Below are positions 49,316 through 58,886 of a stretch of DNA of 64,000 nucleotides, in pieces. The stretch lies in assembly GCA_963664435.2 (NCBI GenBank), contig CAXXKM010000002.1, positions 1,053,852 to 1,117,851 on the forward strand, given 5' to 3'. Position numbers and translations under genes: made by a program. Position 1 is the stretch's first letter; each line of letters starts with the position of its first letter. The notes below the pieces were generated by a model that did no database searches, was not told the DNA's origin, and was given only the letters and a program-made list of their open reading frames with translations. This DNA is from Longimicrobiales bacterium (GTDB lineage: Bacteria; Gemmatimonadota; Gemmatimonadetes; Longimicrobiales; Gaopeijiaceae).

Positions 49316-50030
49316 CGCGGGACTCCTCGATAAGGGAGTCGATCGAATCCAAGTCTCGTGACGTGCTGGGGAGGAGTCGATCACTCAGGAAGACCTCAAG
49401 GTCGTCGATCCTGGCGCGCAGGGTTTCCAGATCGGTGTCCTTGCTATGGTGAGAGACCCCCACGAAGAACCCTCGAATCTCCTTCCACTGCTTCCAGCTA
49501 CTACTCACGAGCGGTGTCGAGAAAGCGAGTCCGGAGGGGTCGAGTCCGATCAGCATACGCTCGAACAGCTCGCGTCGCAGGGGGCGGACTTTGGCGAACC
49601 ACTGGAAGAACGCATCGAGCCTGATCAGAATCTTGCGCAGGTGCGGGTCGATTTCCCCGTTCCAACCCGACTCGTCGGAATGACATGTCGTTTTCTTCCT
49701 TCTCTTCCAGAACAGGTCTTTGACTGCTATGACCCTGTGCGTCAGATCCACGGGAGGCCCCCCACCCCCATTGCCATCCGTCACTCTCGCGAACCGCCCC
49801 TCAATCTTCTCCATGAGTTCCCTCATGCTGTGGGCCGACTGCGCGAGCCACTCCGGATTCGAGTCGTCTTCGAGGACGCGGAGTCCTCCCACGTAGATGC
49901 GGCCCAACCGCGGCTCGAAGCGGCCAAGCGCGTCGCGCAGCGCCTCTTGCTCCCGCGACAGGTGCGGCCGGTGCTTCGAATCGGCTTTGGGGGCATCGCT
50001 TTCCTGATCGGTTGGTGCGGGTGGGGGCAT
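49308..50030 (-). CDS. hypothetical protein, HEPN/Abi-like helical domain
   Basis: NPEWLAQSAHSMRELMEKI and C-terminal FFVGVSHH; start uncertain. Confidence 0.6.
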   Translation of the reverse strand: MPPPAPTDQESDAPKADSKHRPHLSREQEALRDALGRFEPRLGRIYVGGLRVLEDDSNPEWLAQSAHSMRELMEKIEGRFARVTDGNGGGGPPVDLTHRVIAVKDLFWKRRKKTTCHSDESGWNGEIDPHLRKILIRLDAFFQWFAKVRPLRRELFERMLIGLDPSGLAFSTPLVSSSWKQWKEIRGFFVGVSHHSKDTDLETLRARIDDLEVFLSDRLLPSTSRDLDSIDSLIEESRDA

Positions 50031-51095
50031 GGAAGGGGACAATAGTAGTCCTGCGGTGGCGGTCGAGTCCGGGAACGGGCACACCCGACCGCTCGCTCCG
50101 GTCAGGCGCGGTCGCCTCCGGCGGTCAAGGTCATCATTGCACGCGACCTCCCCGAAGCTGGGGAGGCGGAAAACGGCCGGGTACGTGGTGGCCACGCACC
50201 GGGCCCGGCCACGCGCCCACCACAAGATAGCCTTCTCTACGATCCAGCGGCAGCCCGTTGCCGATCATCCATGCCAGCGTCTGCTCTGCCCGCTCCGCCT
50301 CCTTCCGGTTCCGCTCGGCACCCGGTTGACAGTCGTCTCTCGTCATGGCGGCTGCGGGTGCGAAGCGGCCTCGGTCGGGACCGCAGCCGTATCGCTCGGC
50401 CCGGCCAGTAGGTTGGCAGAGACCGGCGCGTTCGTCCCCCCACATGCCCGAGGCTGTCGCGTCCCACGTTGCTATGGCATGTGGCGCTCGTTCGAGGAGG
50501 AGTGAGTGAGTCTGGGCACTCTGCCTCGCCGACCGTGAATTGCCGGTCGGACACCGGAAGTGTACCTTCGCTCACCCACCCACGGCCCGTCCCGCCCCAA
50601 GAACGCTCCCACCCTAATCGCGCCGAATTGACCCTATGGAAACCCAGATCACCAACGTCATCCAAGCCTTTCAGAACTCGAAGCAGTACGTCATGGAGTG
50701 TACGGTTGGGTCCGTAGACGCAGGCGGCAAAGTGGCTCTGTCGGAAAGCTCCCGACGTATCCGTTGTGACCGCGCGCTGAGCCTGCCGCCGTCCAGAGCT
50801 CACGGTCTTCGCGACAGAGCAAACACGACGTCGTTGCGCTCGGCCTTCTCCACCTACAGCGTCGGACAGGTCGTCTCACCGCACTTCCGGCACAGGGTGG
50901 AGCGGGCAGTGCCGAGGAGGGCGAGGGCTGCGGCAGGATCTTGCAACGGCGAAACTCCGACGGGGCAAGGCGCGAGTCGGGTGACTCGTCAGCGCGTCCG
51001 GCAAACGAGTTGCCGACCAAACCAGGAAGCCTCCACATTGGGGGCCCTCCGTTTACCCCCTGATTGACCCTCAGACTCTATCCCCCGAATCCACC

Positions 51096-53384
51096 ATGGC
51101 TATCACCGTCTTCAAGGACAGTTCGTACAGCCTGTCCACCCTCCTCGAAGAGATTGACAGGGGCGAGATCGCCCTGCCGGACATTCAGCGCCCCTTCGTC
51201 TGGAAGGCCGCCAAAGTCCGCGACCTCTTCGACTCGATGTATCGAGGTTTCCCCGTGGGCCATCTGCTGTTCTGGGCGACCGGCGCGGAAATGGGTGCTC
51301 GGCGAATCGGTACTCATGCCCACGAGGCCGTCCCACGCCTGATGATTGTCGATGGCCAGCAACGCCTGACCAGCCTCTACAGCGTCCTAACGGGAAAGGA
51401 AGTCCTTCGCGAAGACTACACGTCCTCACGGATCCGTATCGCGTTTCGGCCCCGGGACGGCAGCTTCGAAGTCGCCGATGCAGCCGTCGTAAAGGACCCC
51501 GAGTTCATCCCCGACGTCTCGATTCTCTGGGACGGCGGTGGTCGGGCCAAGAAGGTGCGCGAATTCCTCAAGCGCTTGGAGGCAGGCAAGAAGGGTAAGC
51601 TGCCTGAAGAGCAACGGGATGACCTTGAAGAGGCGATCGACCGACTCTACGACCTCCGCAACTACCCCTTCAAGGTCATGGAGTTGGGTTCAAACGTAGG
51701 CGAGGAACAGGTCGCAGACGTATTCGTCCGGATCAATAGCGAGGGCGTCCGACTCGGTCAGGCCGACTTCATCCTCACGCTGATGTCCGTTTGGTGGGAG
51801 GAGGGCCGCAAGCAGCTGGAGACCTTCGCCCGCGACGCCAGACTTCGGCCGCAGGGGCCGTCTCCTGCAAACCCATTCATCGACCCGTCGGCAGACCAGA
51901 TGCTGCGCGTCGTCGCGGGCTTTGCGCTCCGCCGCGGGCGCCTTCGATACGTCTATCAGGTGCTGCGTGGCAAAGACCTGGAGACCGGCGAGGTCTCGGC
52001 TGAAATCAGGGAGAAGCAGTTCGCCGCTTTGCAGGAGGCTCAGGCGGAGACGCTGTCGCTGACCAATTGGCACGAGTTTCTCAAGGCCGTTCGCCGTGCC
52101 GGATACCGAAGCCGTGCGATGATCAGCTCGCAGAACAACCTGATGTTCTCGTATCTGATGTACCTAATCGGACATCGGGACCACCGGCTCGACCGAAAGG
52201 CCCTCCGTGAAGCGATCGCCCAATGGTTCTTCATGACCTCGCTCACGGGCCGGTACACGGGGAACTTCGAGAGTCGCGTGGAGCAGGATCTCCGCCGCAT
52301 CGCCGAGGCCAAGTCCGGTGATGAGTTCGTGGCAACCCTGAACGGAATCATCGATACGGCGCTGACGGAGGACTACTGGACCATTCAACTCCCCAGCTCG
52401 CTCGAGACTTCGTCAGCCTATGGCCCGACGGTGTTCGCGTACCACGCCAGCCTCGTTTTGCTGAATGCGCGACCCCTGTTCTCGCCGCTTCATTTGGGTG
52501 AGCTGTTGGATCCATCGGCCCACGCTCCTAAATCGGCTGTCGAACGCCACCATCTTTTCCCGAAGGCGTACCTTACTCGGATCGGTATCGACCGCACGGT
52601 GCAGCGGAATCAGATCGCCAACTACGCCTTTGTCGAATGGCCTGACAACACGAAGATCGGCGACTCACCACCCCGCGACTACTTCCCTCCCCTTTTCGAG
52701 GAGCTCGGGCCCCAGGAGCAGAAGCAGACTCGGTTCTGGCACGCTCTGCCGGAGGGTTGGGAGCAGATGGACTATTGGGAGTTCCTACAGGAACGCCGGG
52801 TCCTCATCGCCGGTGTCGTTCGAGCGGCGTTCAACAAGCTCCGTACTGGGAGGCTTCCGGAGGAGGACGAACTGCTGCCGCCGTGGGCCGGAGTGCCCGA
52901 ACGGTCGCTTGAGGAGCTCCTCGCCGACATGGAAACCGAGCGGGTCGAGTTCAAGTCGTCCGCGTACTACAGCTACAAGCCCGAGGTGCCCACCAGGGTC
53001 ATTACGGATTCCGTGGTCAAGACCGTCGCTGGTTTCCTGAACGCCAGCGGTGGTACCCTCGCAGTCGGCGTCGCCGATGACGGTGAGATCCTGGGGATTC
53101 AGCCGGACCTGGACATGAAGAACATGGACGGGGATCGGTACGTGAACTCACTTACGAACGTGATCGAGCGCTCGCTCGGGTCACTCGCGTCAACGATGGC
53201 GACGATTGAGTTACAGGCGGTCGACGGGGTTCAGGTCGCCCTGGTGCGTGTCACTCCGTCTCCCGAGCCGGTCTACGCCAAGGTCTCCAAGAGGAACGGG
53301 GCCCTCTTCGTGCGGGTGAACAACTCGACCCGGGTCCTCGAAGGGGCGGATCTGGTTGGGTATGTCAACGAACGTTGGGCTTAG
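51096..53384 (+). CDS. DUF262 + DUF1524(HNH) GmrSD/SspE-like protein fused to a Schlafen AlbA_2 domain
   Basis: LPDIQRPFVW, VDGQQR, FVRINSEG, ERHHLFP..NQIAN, VEFKSS, AGFLNASGGTLAVGVADDG. Confidence 0.88.
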   Translation: MAITVFKDSSYSLSTLLEEIDRGEIALPDIQRPFVWKAAKVRDLFDSMYRGFPVGHLLFWATGAEMGARRIGTHAHEAVPRLMIVDGQQRLTSLYSVLTGKEVLREDYTSSRIRIAFRPRDGSFEVADAAVVKDPEFIPDVSILWDGGGRAKKVREFLKRLEAGKKGKLPEEQRDDLEEAIDRLYDLRNYPFKVMELGSNVGEEQVADVFVRINSEGVRLGQADFILTLMSVWWEEGRKQLETFARDARLRPQGPSPANPFIDPSADQMLRVVAGFALRRGRLRYVYQVLRGKDLETGEVSAEIREKQFAALQEAQAETLSLTNWHEFLKAVRRAGYRSRAMISSQNNLMFSYLMYLIGHRDHRLDRKALREAIAQWFFMTSLTGRYTGNFESRVEQDLRRIAEAKSGDEFVATLNGIIDTALTEDYWTIQLPSSLETSSAYGPTVFAYHASLVLLNARPLFSPLHLGELLDPSAHAPKSAVERHHLFPKAYLTRIGIDRTVQRNQIANYAFVEWPDNTKIGDSPPRDYFPPLFEELGPQEQKQTRFWHALPEGWEQMDYWEFLQERRVLIAGVVRAAFNKLRTGRLPEEDELLPPWAGVPERSLEELLADMETERVEFKSSAYYSYKPEVPTRVITDSVVKTVAGFLNASGGTLAVGVADDGEILGIQPDLDMKNMDGDRYVNSLTNVIERSLGSLASTMATIELQAVDGVQVALVRVTPSPEPVYAKVSKRNGALFVRVNNSTRVLEGADLVGYVNERWA

Positions 53385-53891
53385 GCACTCTTTGTTGGGT
53401 GGACGCCGCTTTCTTCCGGAACGCATGGTTAGTGGCCCCCTGTCTCGGCCCGGGATTCCGCGGGTAGGCCCATGGATTGCGGACCTCGCGCAGCAATTGG
53501 CTCCCGCGATCCGGCAAGCGGGTGTTCGGTTTCGACCCACATCCCACTGGCAAGTAAGCGTGGTACGGCTGCGACAGCGGAAGTGCCGCTGGCCTGTCGT
53601 AACGGCAAACTAAAGCCCGGACGGGGCCACACCTCAGCCCTCTCTCGATCCCAACCCGGACTCATGGGTGGCGCGCATTCAGTCTTACCCGCGTCAACCG
53701 CCTTGCCTCCGTGGAGCATCCGTCAAGTCACGCCAACGGAACCTCCCATTGCTGATCGCCGACACCGTTGGACGTACAGGACGACACAGCCGGCGTCCGA
53801 GCGCTGCTCTGTGCGTCAGCCAACCAAATGGAATGGTGAGCCTCAAGACCCTGAATTGCGCCCGTAGATCGCTCGTCGAGGGACTGAAGCA

Positions 53892-54326
53892 TCACTCTAC
53901 TCCAATGTAGTCGGGCAATTGTGTCAGCATCGTCAGCGTGGGCTCCGCTGCACCGGCACAGATCTCCCCGATCACGCGTGCTCCAGTAGCGGCATACTCT
54001 GCCGCCATTTGGATCGTGCCGGATGGGTTGTCAAGTCCTTCCTCGCCGAATTCAGCTAGGGCGAGGAGCTCCAAATGCGTGATTCTCCAAGGATCGCTTG
54101 AGAGAATGCCTCCGTCATTGAATTTAACGAGTTGGTCTTTTGGTCCGAGCCGAGTTCGATGCCCGATCTTGACGCCAAGACACAGCGCGCACCACCAGAG
54201 ATCGATCTGGCGCCGAAACGGCTTCCGAACGTCCCCTCGGCCTTGGAGCGCTTTCACGTGATTCTGATGGAACTCCGATGGCCAGAAAAGGTCTTGATTC
54301 GCAAACGGGTTCAATATAGCCGCCAT
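53892..54326 (-). CDS. small DndE/PbeD-like protein
   Basis: last gene of the operon, 2 bp after the ATPase stop; PFRRQIDLWWCALCLG. Confidence 0.55.
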   Translation of the reverse strand: MAAILNPFANQDLFWPSEFHQNHVKALQGRGDVRKPFRRQIDLWWCALCLGVKIGHRTRLGPKDQLVKFNDGGILSSDPWRITHLELLALAEFGEEGLDNPSGTIQMAAEYAATGARVIGEICAGAAEPTLTMLTQLPDYIGVE

Positions 54327-54328
54327 GC

Positions 54329-56470
54329 TTACGTCTCCCTGAACACGAGGTCGTGTTGTTCGTCATACCGGCGTTGACAGGTCTTGCACACGTGGCGATG
54401 CCCGCAGTCGCAGCGTCTCACGATCGGTCGGCGCACGCCCCAGTCGTTGACGAGGTCCTTCGGGTAGTCCTTGGAACAGGAGAGCGTCAGAGCCACGCCC
54501 ACGCGATCGTCCAAGAGTTCCTCAAGGTCGCGAATCTCGGAGCGGGTCATGAGCAACACAACTTGGAAGTCCACTGTTCCCTCCGAGCGAGGTGACGTAA
54601 TCATTTCGACTACTCGATCCTTCACGCCTCCGGAAGTCATACCAAGCGGCGTATCGATGATCCGGGGCGCTTCTCTCCCCGAGACTTCCATTAGAGCCCA
54701 AATGAACGCAAGGGTAAGTGCGCGCTGCTGAGCACCGCTCAGCTCAAAATCGGGGTCGAGCGTATTTCCTCCGCTGCCCTCAATCACGATGTCGAAGCGA
54801 TCATTAATGAAGACGCGTTTGAACACACTCACTTCAGCATCGGGATCGCTCCCGACGATATGCAGAAACAGATCATTCATGCGACCTGAGACAACTTGGA
54901 TCCATTTCGTCTTCAAGATCCCAAGGATCTTGTCAGCGACATCCATGAGATCCTCGGCCACCTTACGCTTGATCCGGAGCTTCGCACCGACTAACGCTTT
55001 CGCCTCCGCCTTCCCGTACTCGTCTTCCAGTTGACCCACTGAGGCCTCGGCTCCCTGAATCTGGCCGTCCAGTCGCCCGATCGCCGTTTGCGCGTCTAGT
55101 TTCTTCCTCTCGTTGCGCTTGATCCGTTCCGTCAGTCGGCTGACCTCTTCCTCGTCGATCAAGCCACGGCGCGCCTTCTCCGCCTCTAGATCCCCGGATT
55201 TGGCCCCAAGGCGGTGCCGAACGTCTGTGTAGTCGGCAAGATTGGATTTCCGGAGCTCAGCGAAGCCATGGCCTTTCTGGACGCGACTGGCGTGGATTGC
55301 CAAGCTCCGTCGAGCGAGATGCCACGTCTCAGTCTGCTTGGCTCTACGCGGCGCGACCTCCTCCTGCTGAGCAACCAACGTGGCGACGTGGTCGTGGTGC
55401 TCAGTACCTCTCTCCAACGACTCGCCGCAGATGCACTCAGCGAGCTCAAGACGATCTCGTAGTACCTCAATTGATGTCCCCGGGATTACGTTCCTGTCCG
55501 CCAGACTTTCTAAGAGGCGGACACCCTGGCTGAGCTTGTCCTCAATCACGTGCCATGAGAAATCCTCTCCCTGTAGGACCCGGCGCATCCCCGACAACGC
55601 GGCTTGCTCACGCCCTTCCAGGTCGGCGATATCCGATCTAAGGGCTTCGATCCGAGCGTTGATCTCTTCCAGATCTCCGATTCCCTTGATCGCCGTGAGC
55701 GCTCGATCATCCTTAAGGATTGCTTCCGCGATTCGGTTCCTTCGGTTGGTGGTGTCCGCCAACGTGCTCTTGAAGTTTCTTAGCTGGTCTTGCGCCTCCT
55801 CAAGCTGTTGCTGCCGCTTCGAGAGCCCGACGCCTCCGGCCTTAGCGATCTCTCTCTTGAAGGCTTGAGAGGCGCCCACAAGGTCATCACGCGCAATCTC
55901 GAGTTGCTCGAGACCCAGGAGCAACCTGATCGCCTCATGAACCGACTCCTGCCGCTCGGCACTCGCAAACCCACTGATGAACTGCTGAACGTCATCGCCA
56001 TTGGTGAAGAATATCTTGGACAAGCGAGGAGGCACCAGCTTCAATACAAGTGCCTGCGCTCCATCTCTAATTTCCTCGTCACCCACCTTAGTTACCCGAA
56101 ATAGCTTCAGCCCTGGGGCTCCGCGATCGTGTTTGTCATCAGATCTCGGCGTTTCCGTGACTGACCGGATCAAGCGATAGCGAGTGTGAATACCCGCAGT
56201 TTCATCGAAGTGCTCGAACTCAATCCTCACCTGTACCGGCACAGGAAAGTCAACCTGAGACGCGGTAGATGTAAGCCGGAGTCCCCGGGCGTCCTCGGGC
56301 AACCCCTCACTGCCGTAAAACGACCAAAGGAGGGCATAGAGGAGAGAAGTCTTTCCCGCGCCATTCTCAGCCCGGATGATCGTGAGCGGGCGGTTAGGGT
56401 CCGTGGAAAAGTCGAGGTCCACATCCTCGAGGAGCTTGAAATTCCTGATATGAGCACTGATCAGCCTCAC
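54329..56470 (-). CDS. SMC/Rad50-like ABC ATPase (DndD/PbeC-like) with Cys-rich tail
   Basis: AENGAGKT, long coiled coil, LSGAQQR, IIDTPLG, CDCGHRHVCKTC. Confidence 0.85.
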   Translation of the reverse strand: MRLISAHIRNFKLLEDVDLDFSTDPNRPLTIIRAENGAGKTSLLYALLWSFYGSEGLPEDARGLRLTSTASQVDFPVPVQVRIEFEHFDETAGIHTRYRLIRSVTETPRSDDKHDRGAPGLKLFRVTKVGDEEIRDGAQALVLKLVPPRLSKIFFTNGDDVQQFISGFASAERQESVHEAIRLLLGLEQLEIARDDLVGASQAFKREIAKAGGVGLSKRQQQLEEAQDQLRNFKSTLADTTNRRNRIAEAILKDDRALTAIKGIGDLEEINARIEALRSDIADLEGREQAALSGMRRVLQGEDFSWHVIEDKLSQGVRLLESLADRNVIPGTSIEVLRDRLELAECICGESLERGTEHHDHVATLVAQQEEVAPRRAKQTETWHLARRSLAIHASRVQKGHGFAELRKSNLADYTDVRHRLGAKSGDLEAEKARRGLIDEEEVSRLTERIKRNERKKLDAQTAIGRLDGQIQGAEASVGQLEDEYGKAEAKALVGAKLRIKRKVAEDLMDVADKILGILKTKWIQVVSGRMNDLFLHIVGSDPDAEVSVFKRVFINDRFDIVIEGSGGNTLDPDFELSGAQQRALTLAFIWALMEVSGREAPRIIDTPLGMTSGGVKDRVVEMITSPRSEGTVDFQVVLLMTRSEIRDLEELLDDRVGVALTLSCSKDYPKDLVNDWGVRRPIVRRCDCGHRHVCKTCQRRYDEQHDLVFRET

Positions 56471-56703
56471 ATGTCCTCCTCTTGCTTGGTCTGCGTAGCG
56501 ACCTGTTGGCCAAAGGCCTCAAGGACTCGTCGAACCTCCCGTCGCCGTGCAGCCGTGGTGAAGCCGCTTCCCTGACATTCGATGATCTCTGTGAGTTTGC
56601 TTAGAAGTTGCTCGCGGTAGCCGTCGTACCGCTCGGGCACTTCCAGAACCACTTCTCGGGCCACCTCCTTCTTGAAGCCTGATGCATGTTTCATGATCGT
56701 CAT
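56467..56703 (-). CDS. small protein (78 aa) in the PbeB position
   Basis: 4-nt overlaps with both neighbours. Confidence 0.7.
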   Translation of the reverse strand: MTIMKHASGFKKEVAREVVLEVPERYDGYREQLLSKLTEIIECQGSGFTTAARRREVRRVLEAFGQQVATQTKQEEDM

Positions 56704-58886
56704 GAACTCCTTTGCAGTCTATTCTCGAGACGGCGGATCGCTTCGTCTCCCCCGCCTTCATCGAACTCGTTTCTCGAGTAGATGACGAACTCCGTGACAC
56801 GCCTGAGTTCGGCCCGAAGGAGCGAGCGCCCCGTGTCACCGGGAGGATCAGGTGGCGTGGCAACGAAATCGTGAAGCGTGGCATGCTCTTTCCCAGGCCA
56901 AGACCTCAACACGCGCCCCCGCCTTTGAACCCACTCTCTTTCCACGGAGCTCGAGGCCAGCAGGTAGGCGGTTTCCGTTTGTGGGATGTCCACACCTTCG
57001 TCGAGGACCCTCATCGCCGTCAACATCTGGTAGTCCCCCTGGCCAAAGGCGGTGAGAATGCGTTGACCGTCCGCGGTGCTAGTCTCAACGTTCGTGAATT
57101 GGTGCGAAACGATCCCAAGCTCGGCCAGCAGCCCGTTTACAAGTTCGATCTGGCGAGGGCGTCCGAGTACGGTCGGCTTGGCCGAGACGTAGACAAGAGA
57201 CCGCCGGAGCACGCTCACATCGACAGCCTCCAGCATGTTTCTCAGGTGCCCGAGCTTGTTGCCCGCCTGTTCGACAATGGCTCGGCGCTCCCTCAGTATG
57301 CGCTCCGTCCGCGGCGTGAGGTTCATCACCTGTCCCTCGTCGTCAACTCGGAAGCCCAACCGCCGCAGTTGAGCGGTGAGATCCGCGTATCGCTCCGCCT
57401 CTTCCTCGGTCAGCTCTACCTCATGCACATAGTAGTCATACGCGACCAAGCACCCCGCCTCGATTGCGTCACCGATCGTGAATTCAATGAGCACGTCGCC
57501 GAAGTAGTCAGCGAGCCCACTGGTACCGACCGGATCGTATTGGCGGATCGGCGTCGCGGACAGACCCAGACGGTACTTGACAGCCTCCGGTCGATGCTTC
57601 AAGAAGGACGGTGTGCCAAAGTTGTGAACCTCATCCGCGATGAGCATCGTGCTCACCCGCATGCCAATCCGGTCAAGCCAAGCCCTGAGAGGTTCGTCAC
57701 CGCCATACATCTGGTTAGTCCCGATTACCACTTCGGTGTGTGCCTTCCCGGACCGGAGTGCCGCCTCAATGACTTCAAGTTCGCGCCTGCGGGTCTTTAC
57801 GGTTGCTCCGGACAGCACTGAGGGGTGAACGCCGAACGAACGGACCTCTGCCGCCCACTGGTTCACAAGAGGCCGAGATGGCACCAAGATGAGGAGGAGA
57901 AAGGCACCGTCAGATCGATCCTGGAGCAGTGTGGCCGATATGAGCGACGCCTTCGTTTTTCCTCCGCCGGTAGCGATGGAGAAGATTCCGCGCCCCATTT
58001 CAAGGAAGCTGTCCACCGCTACACCCTGATGCGCAAACCGGCCAGTCCGCCAGTGTAGGTCGGCGGGGATACGAAGCTTACGCACATTGCGAGGTCGTCG
58101 GGCGTTCGGCGGGAGCGGCACCTCAATCCCTGCCCGGAAGTCCGCCTCCCATGCGGCCCAGAAGTCCTCGACCGTAGGGACGTCATCCCCCGAGCGAACG
58201 TGCCTCTGGAGAAAACCCAGAGCCTGATGAGCCGGAACAGTCAGCGAACCAGGAGATTCATTTTTCCACTGCCGCACGAACTGGTTCACAAAGATGTCCA
58301 CCCGCTTGCGGGCGGCGTCGCCGTCCTTCCACGCCCGGTCAATCGTCATTTGCTCGCCATTCACCAACAGACCTCTATGCGTGGCATTCCCCGAGCCGTG
58401 CACCGCTAACCAATCGTCGCCCTGTCGCAGAAGCCATTTTTTCTTGTGATACATGCCGGCATCCATCAGCACGAACCGGATCTCGAGCCGCTTTGAGGCG
58501 ACGAGATAGGCGAGACAGCTCAGGCAATGGGCATCGGTCGCGTTCCCAGATCGCCTTGCCTCAAGCAACAGCTCGATCACAGCAGCGTTCATAACGGATT
58601 CCGCATTAGTGACACCCGACTCAATCGCGGCGCGATCCTCACTGGAGATCGCCGGACTAGCGAGGAGGCGTATCTCGCCCGACGGCCTCTGGAGAAGCGC
58701 GGCCAGTCCCGGGGCTATTTGCGCAAGACATCGAGAGGAGAAAAAGCCAGCCCCAATGAGAATGGTCTGAGCACACCGCATTGCAGGGATCAGCACCTCA
58801 CCAACGAGATCGTCGTGAGGAATCTCGTATGCGGGGCGAACGGAGGCGACCACGGTCCGCAACACCTCATCACTAGCTGGCTTCAC
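56700..58886 (-). CDS. PLD-like nuclease + SF2 DExH helicase (PbeA-like)
   Basis: GFFSS, YHKK...HGSGNAT, ATGGGKT, DEVH, GLSATP, QRRGRVLR. Confidence 0.85.
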   Translation of the reverse strand: MKPASDEVLRTVVASVRPAYEIPHDDLVGEVLIPAMRCAQTILIGAGFFSSRCLAQIAPGLAALLQRPSGEIRLLASPAISSEDRAAIESGVTNAESVMNAAVIELLLEARRSGNATDAHCLSCLAYLVASKRLEIRFVLMDAGMYHKKKWLLRQGDDWLAVHGSGNATHRGLLVNGEQMTIDRAWKDGDAARKRVDIFVNQFVRQWKNESPGSLTVPAHQALGFLQRHVRSGDDVPTVEDFWAAWEADFRAGIEVPLPPNARRPRNVRKLRIPADLHWRTGRFAHQGVAVDSFLEMGRGIFSIATGGGKTKASLISATLLQDRSDGAFLLLILVPSRPLVNQWAAEVRSFGVHPSVLSGATVKTRRRELEVIEAALRSGKAHTEVVIGTNQMYGGDEPLRAWLDRIGMRVSTMLIADEVHNFGTPSFLKHRPEAVKYRLGLSATPIRQYDPVGTSGLADYFGDVLIEFTIGDAIEAGCLVAYDYYVHEVELTEEEAERYADLTAQLRRLGFRVDDEGQVMNLTPRTERILRERRAIVEQAGNKLGHLRNMLEAVDVSVLRRSLVYVSAKPTVLGRPRQIELVNGLLAELGIVSHQFTNVETSTADGQRILTAFGQGDYQMLTAMRVLDEGVDIPQTETAYLLASSSVEREWVQRRGRVLRSWPGKEHATLHDFVATPPDPPGDTGRSLLRAELRRVTEFVIYSRNEFDEGGGDEAIRRLENRLQRSS

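Noticed and set aside
50031..51095. Short ORFs between the defence genes (e.g. 50636-51067 and a CxxC-containing fragment)
   Set aside because: No RBS or motif support; possibly decayed genes, but not assignable.
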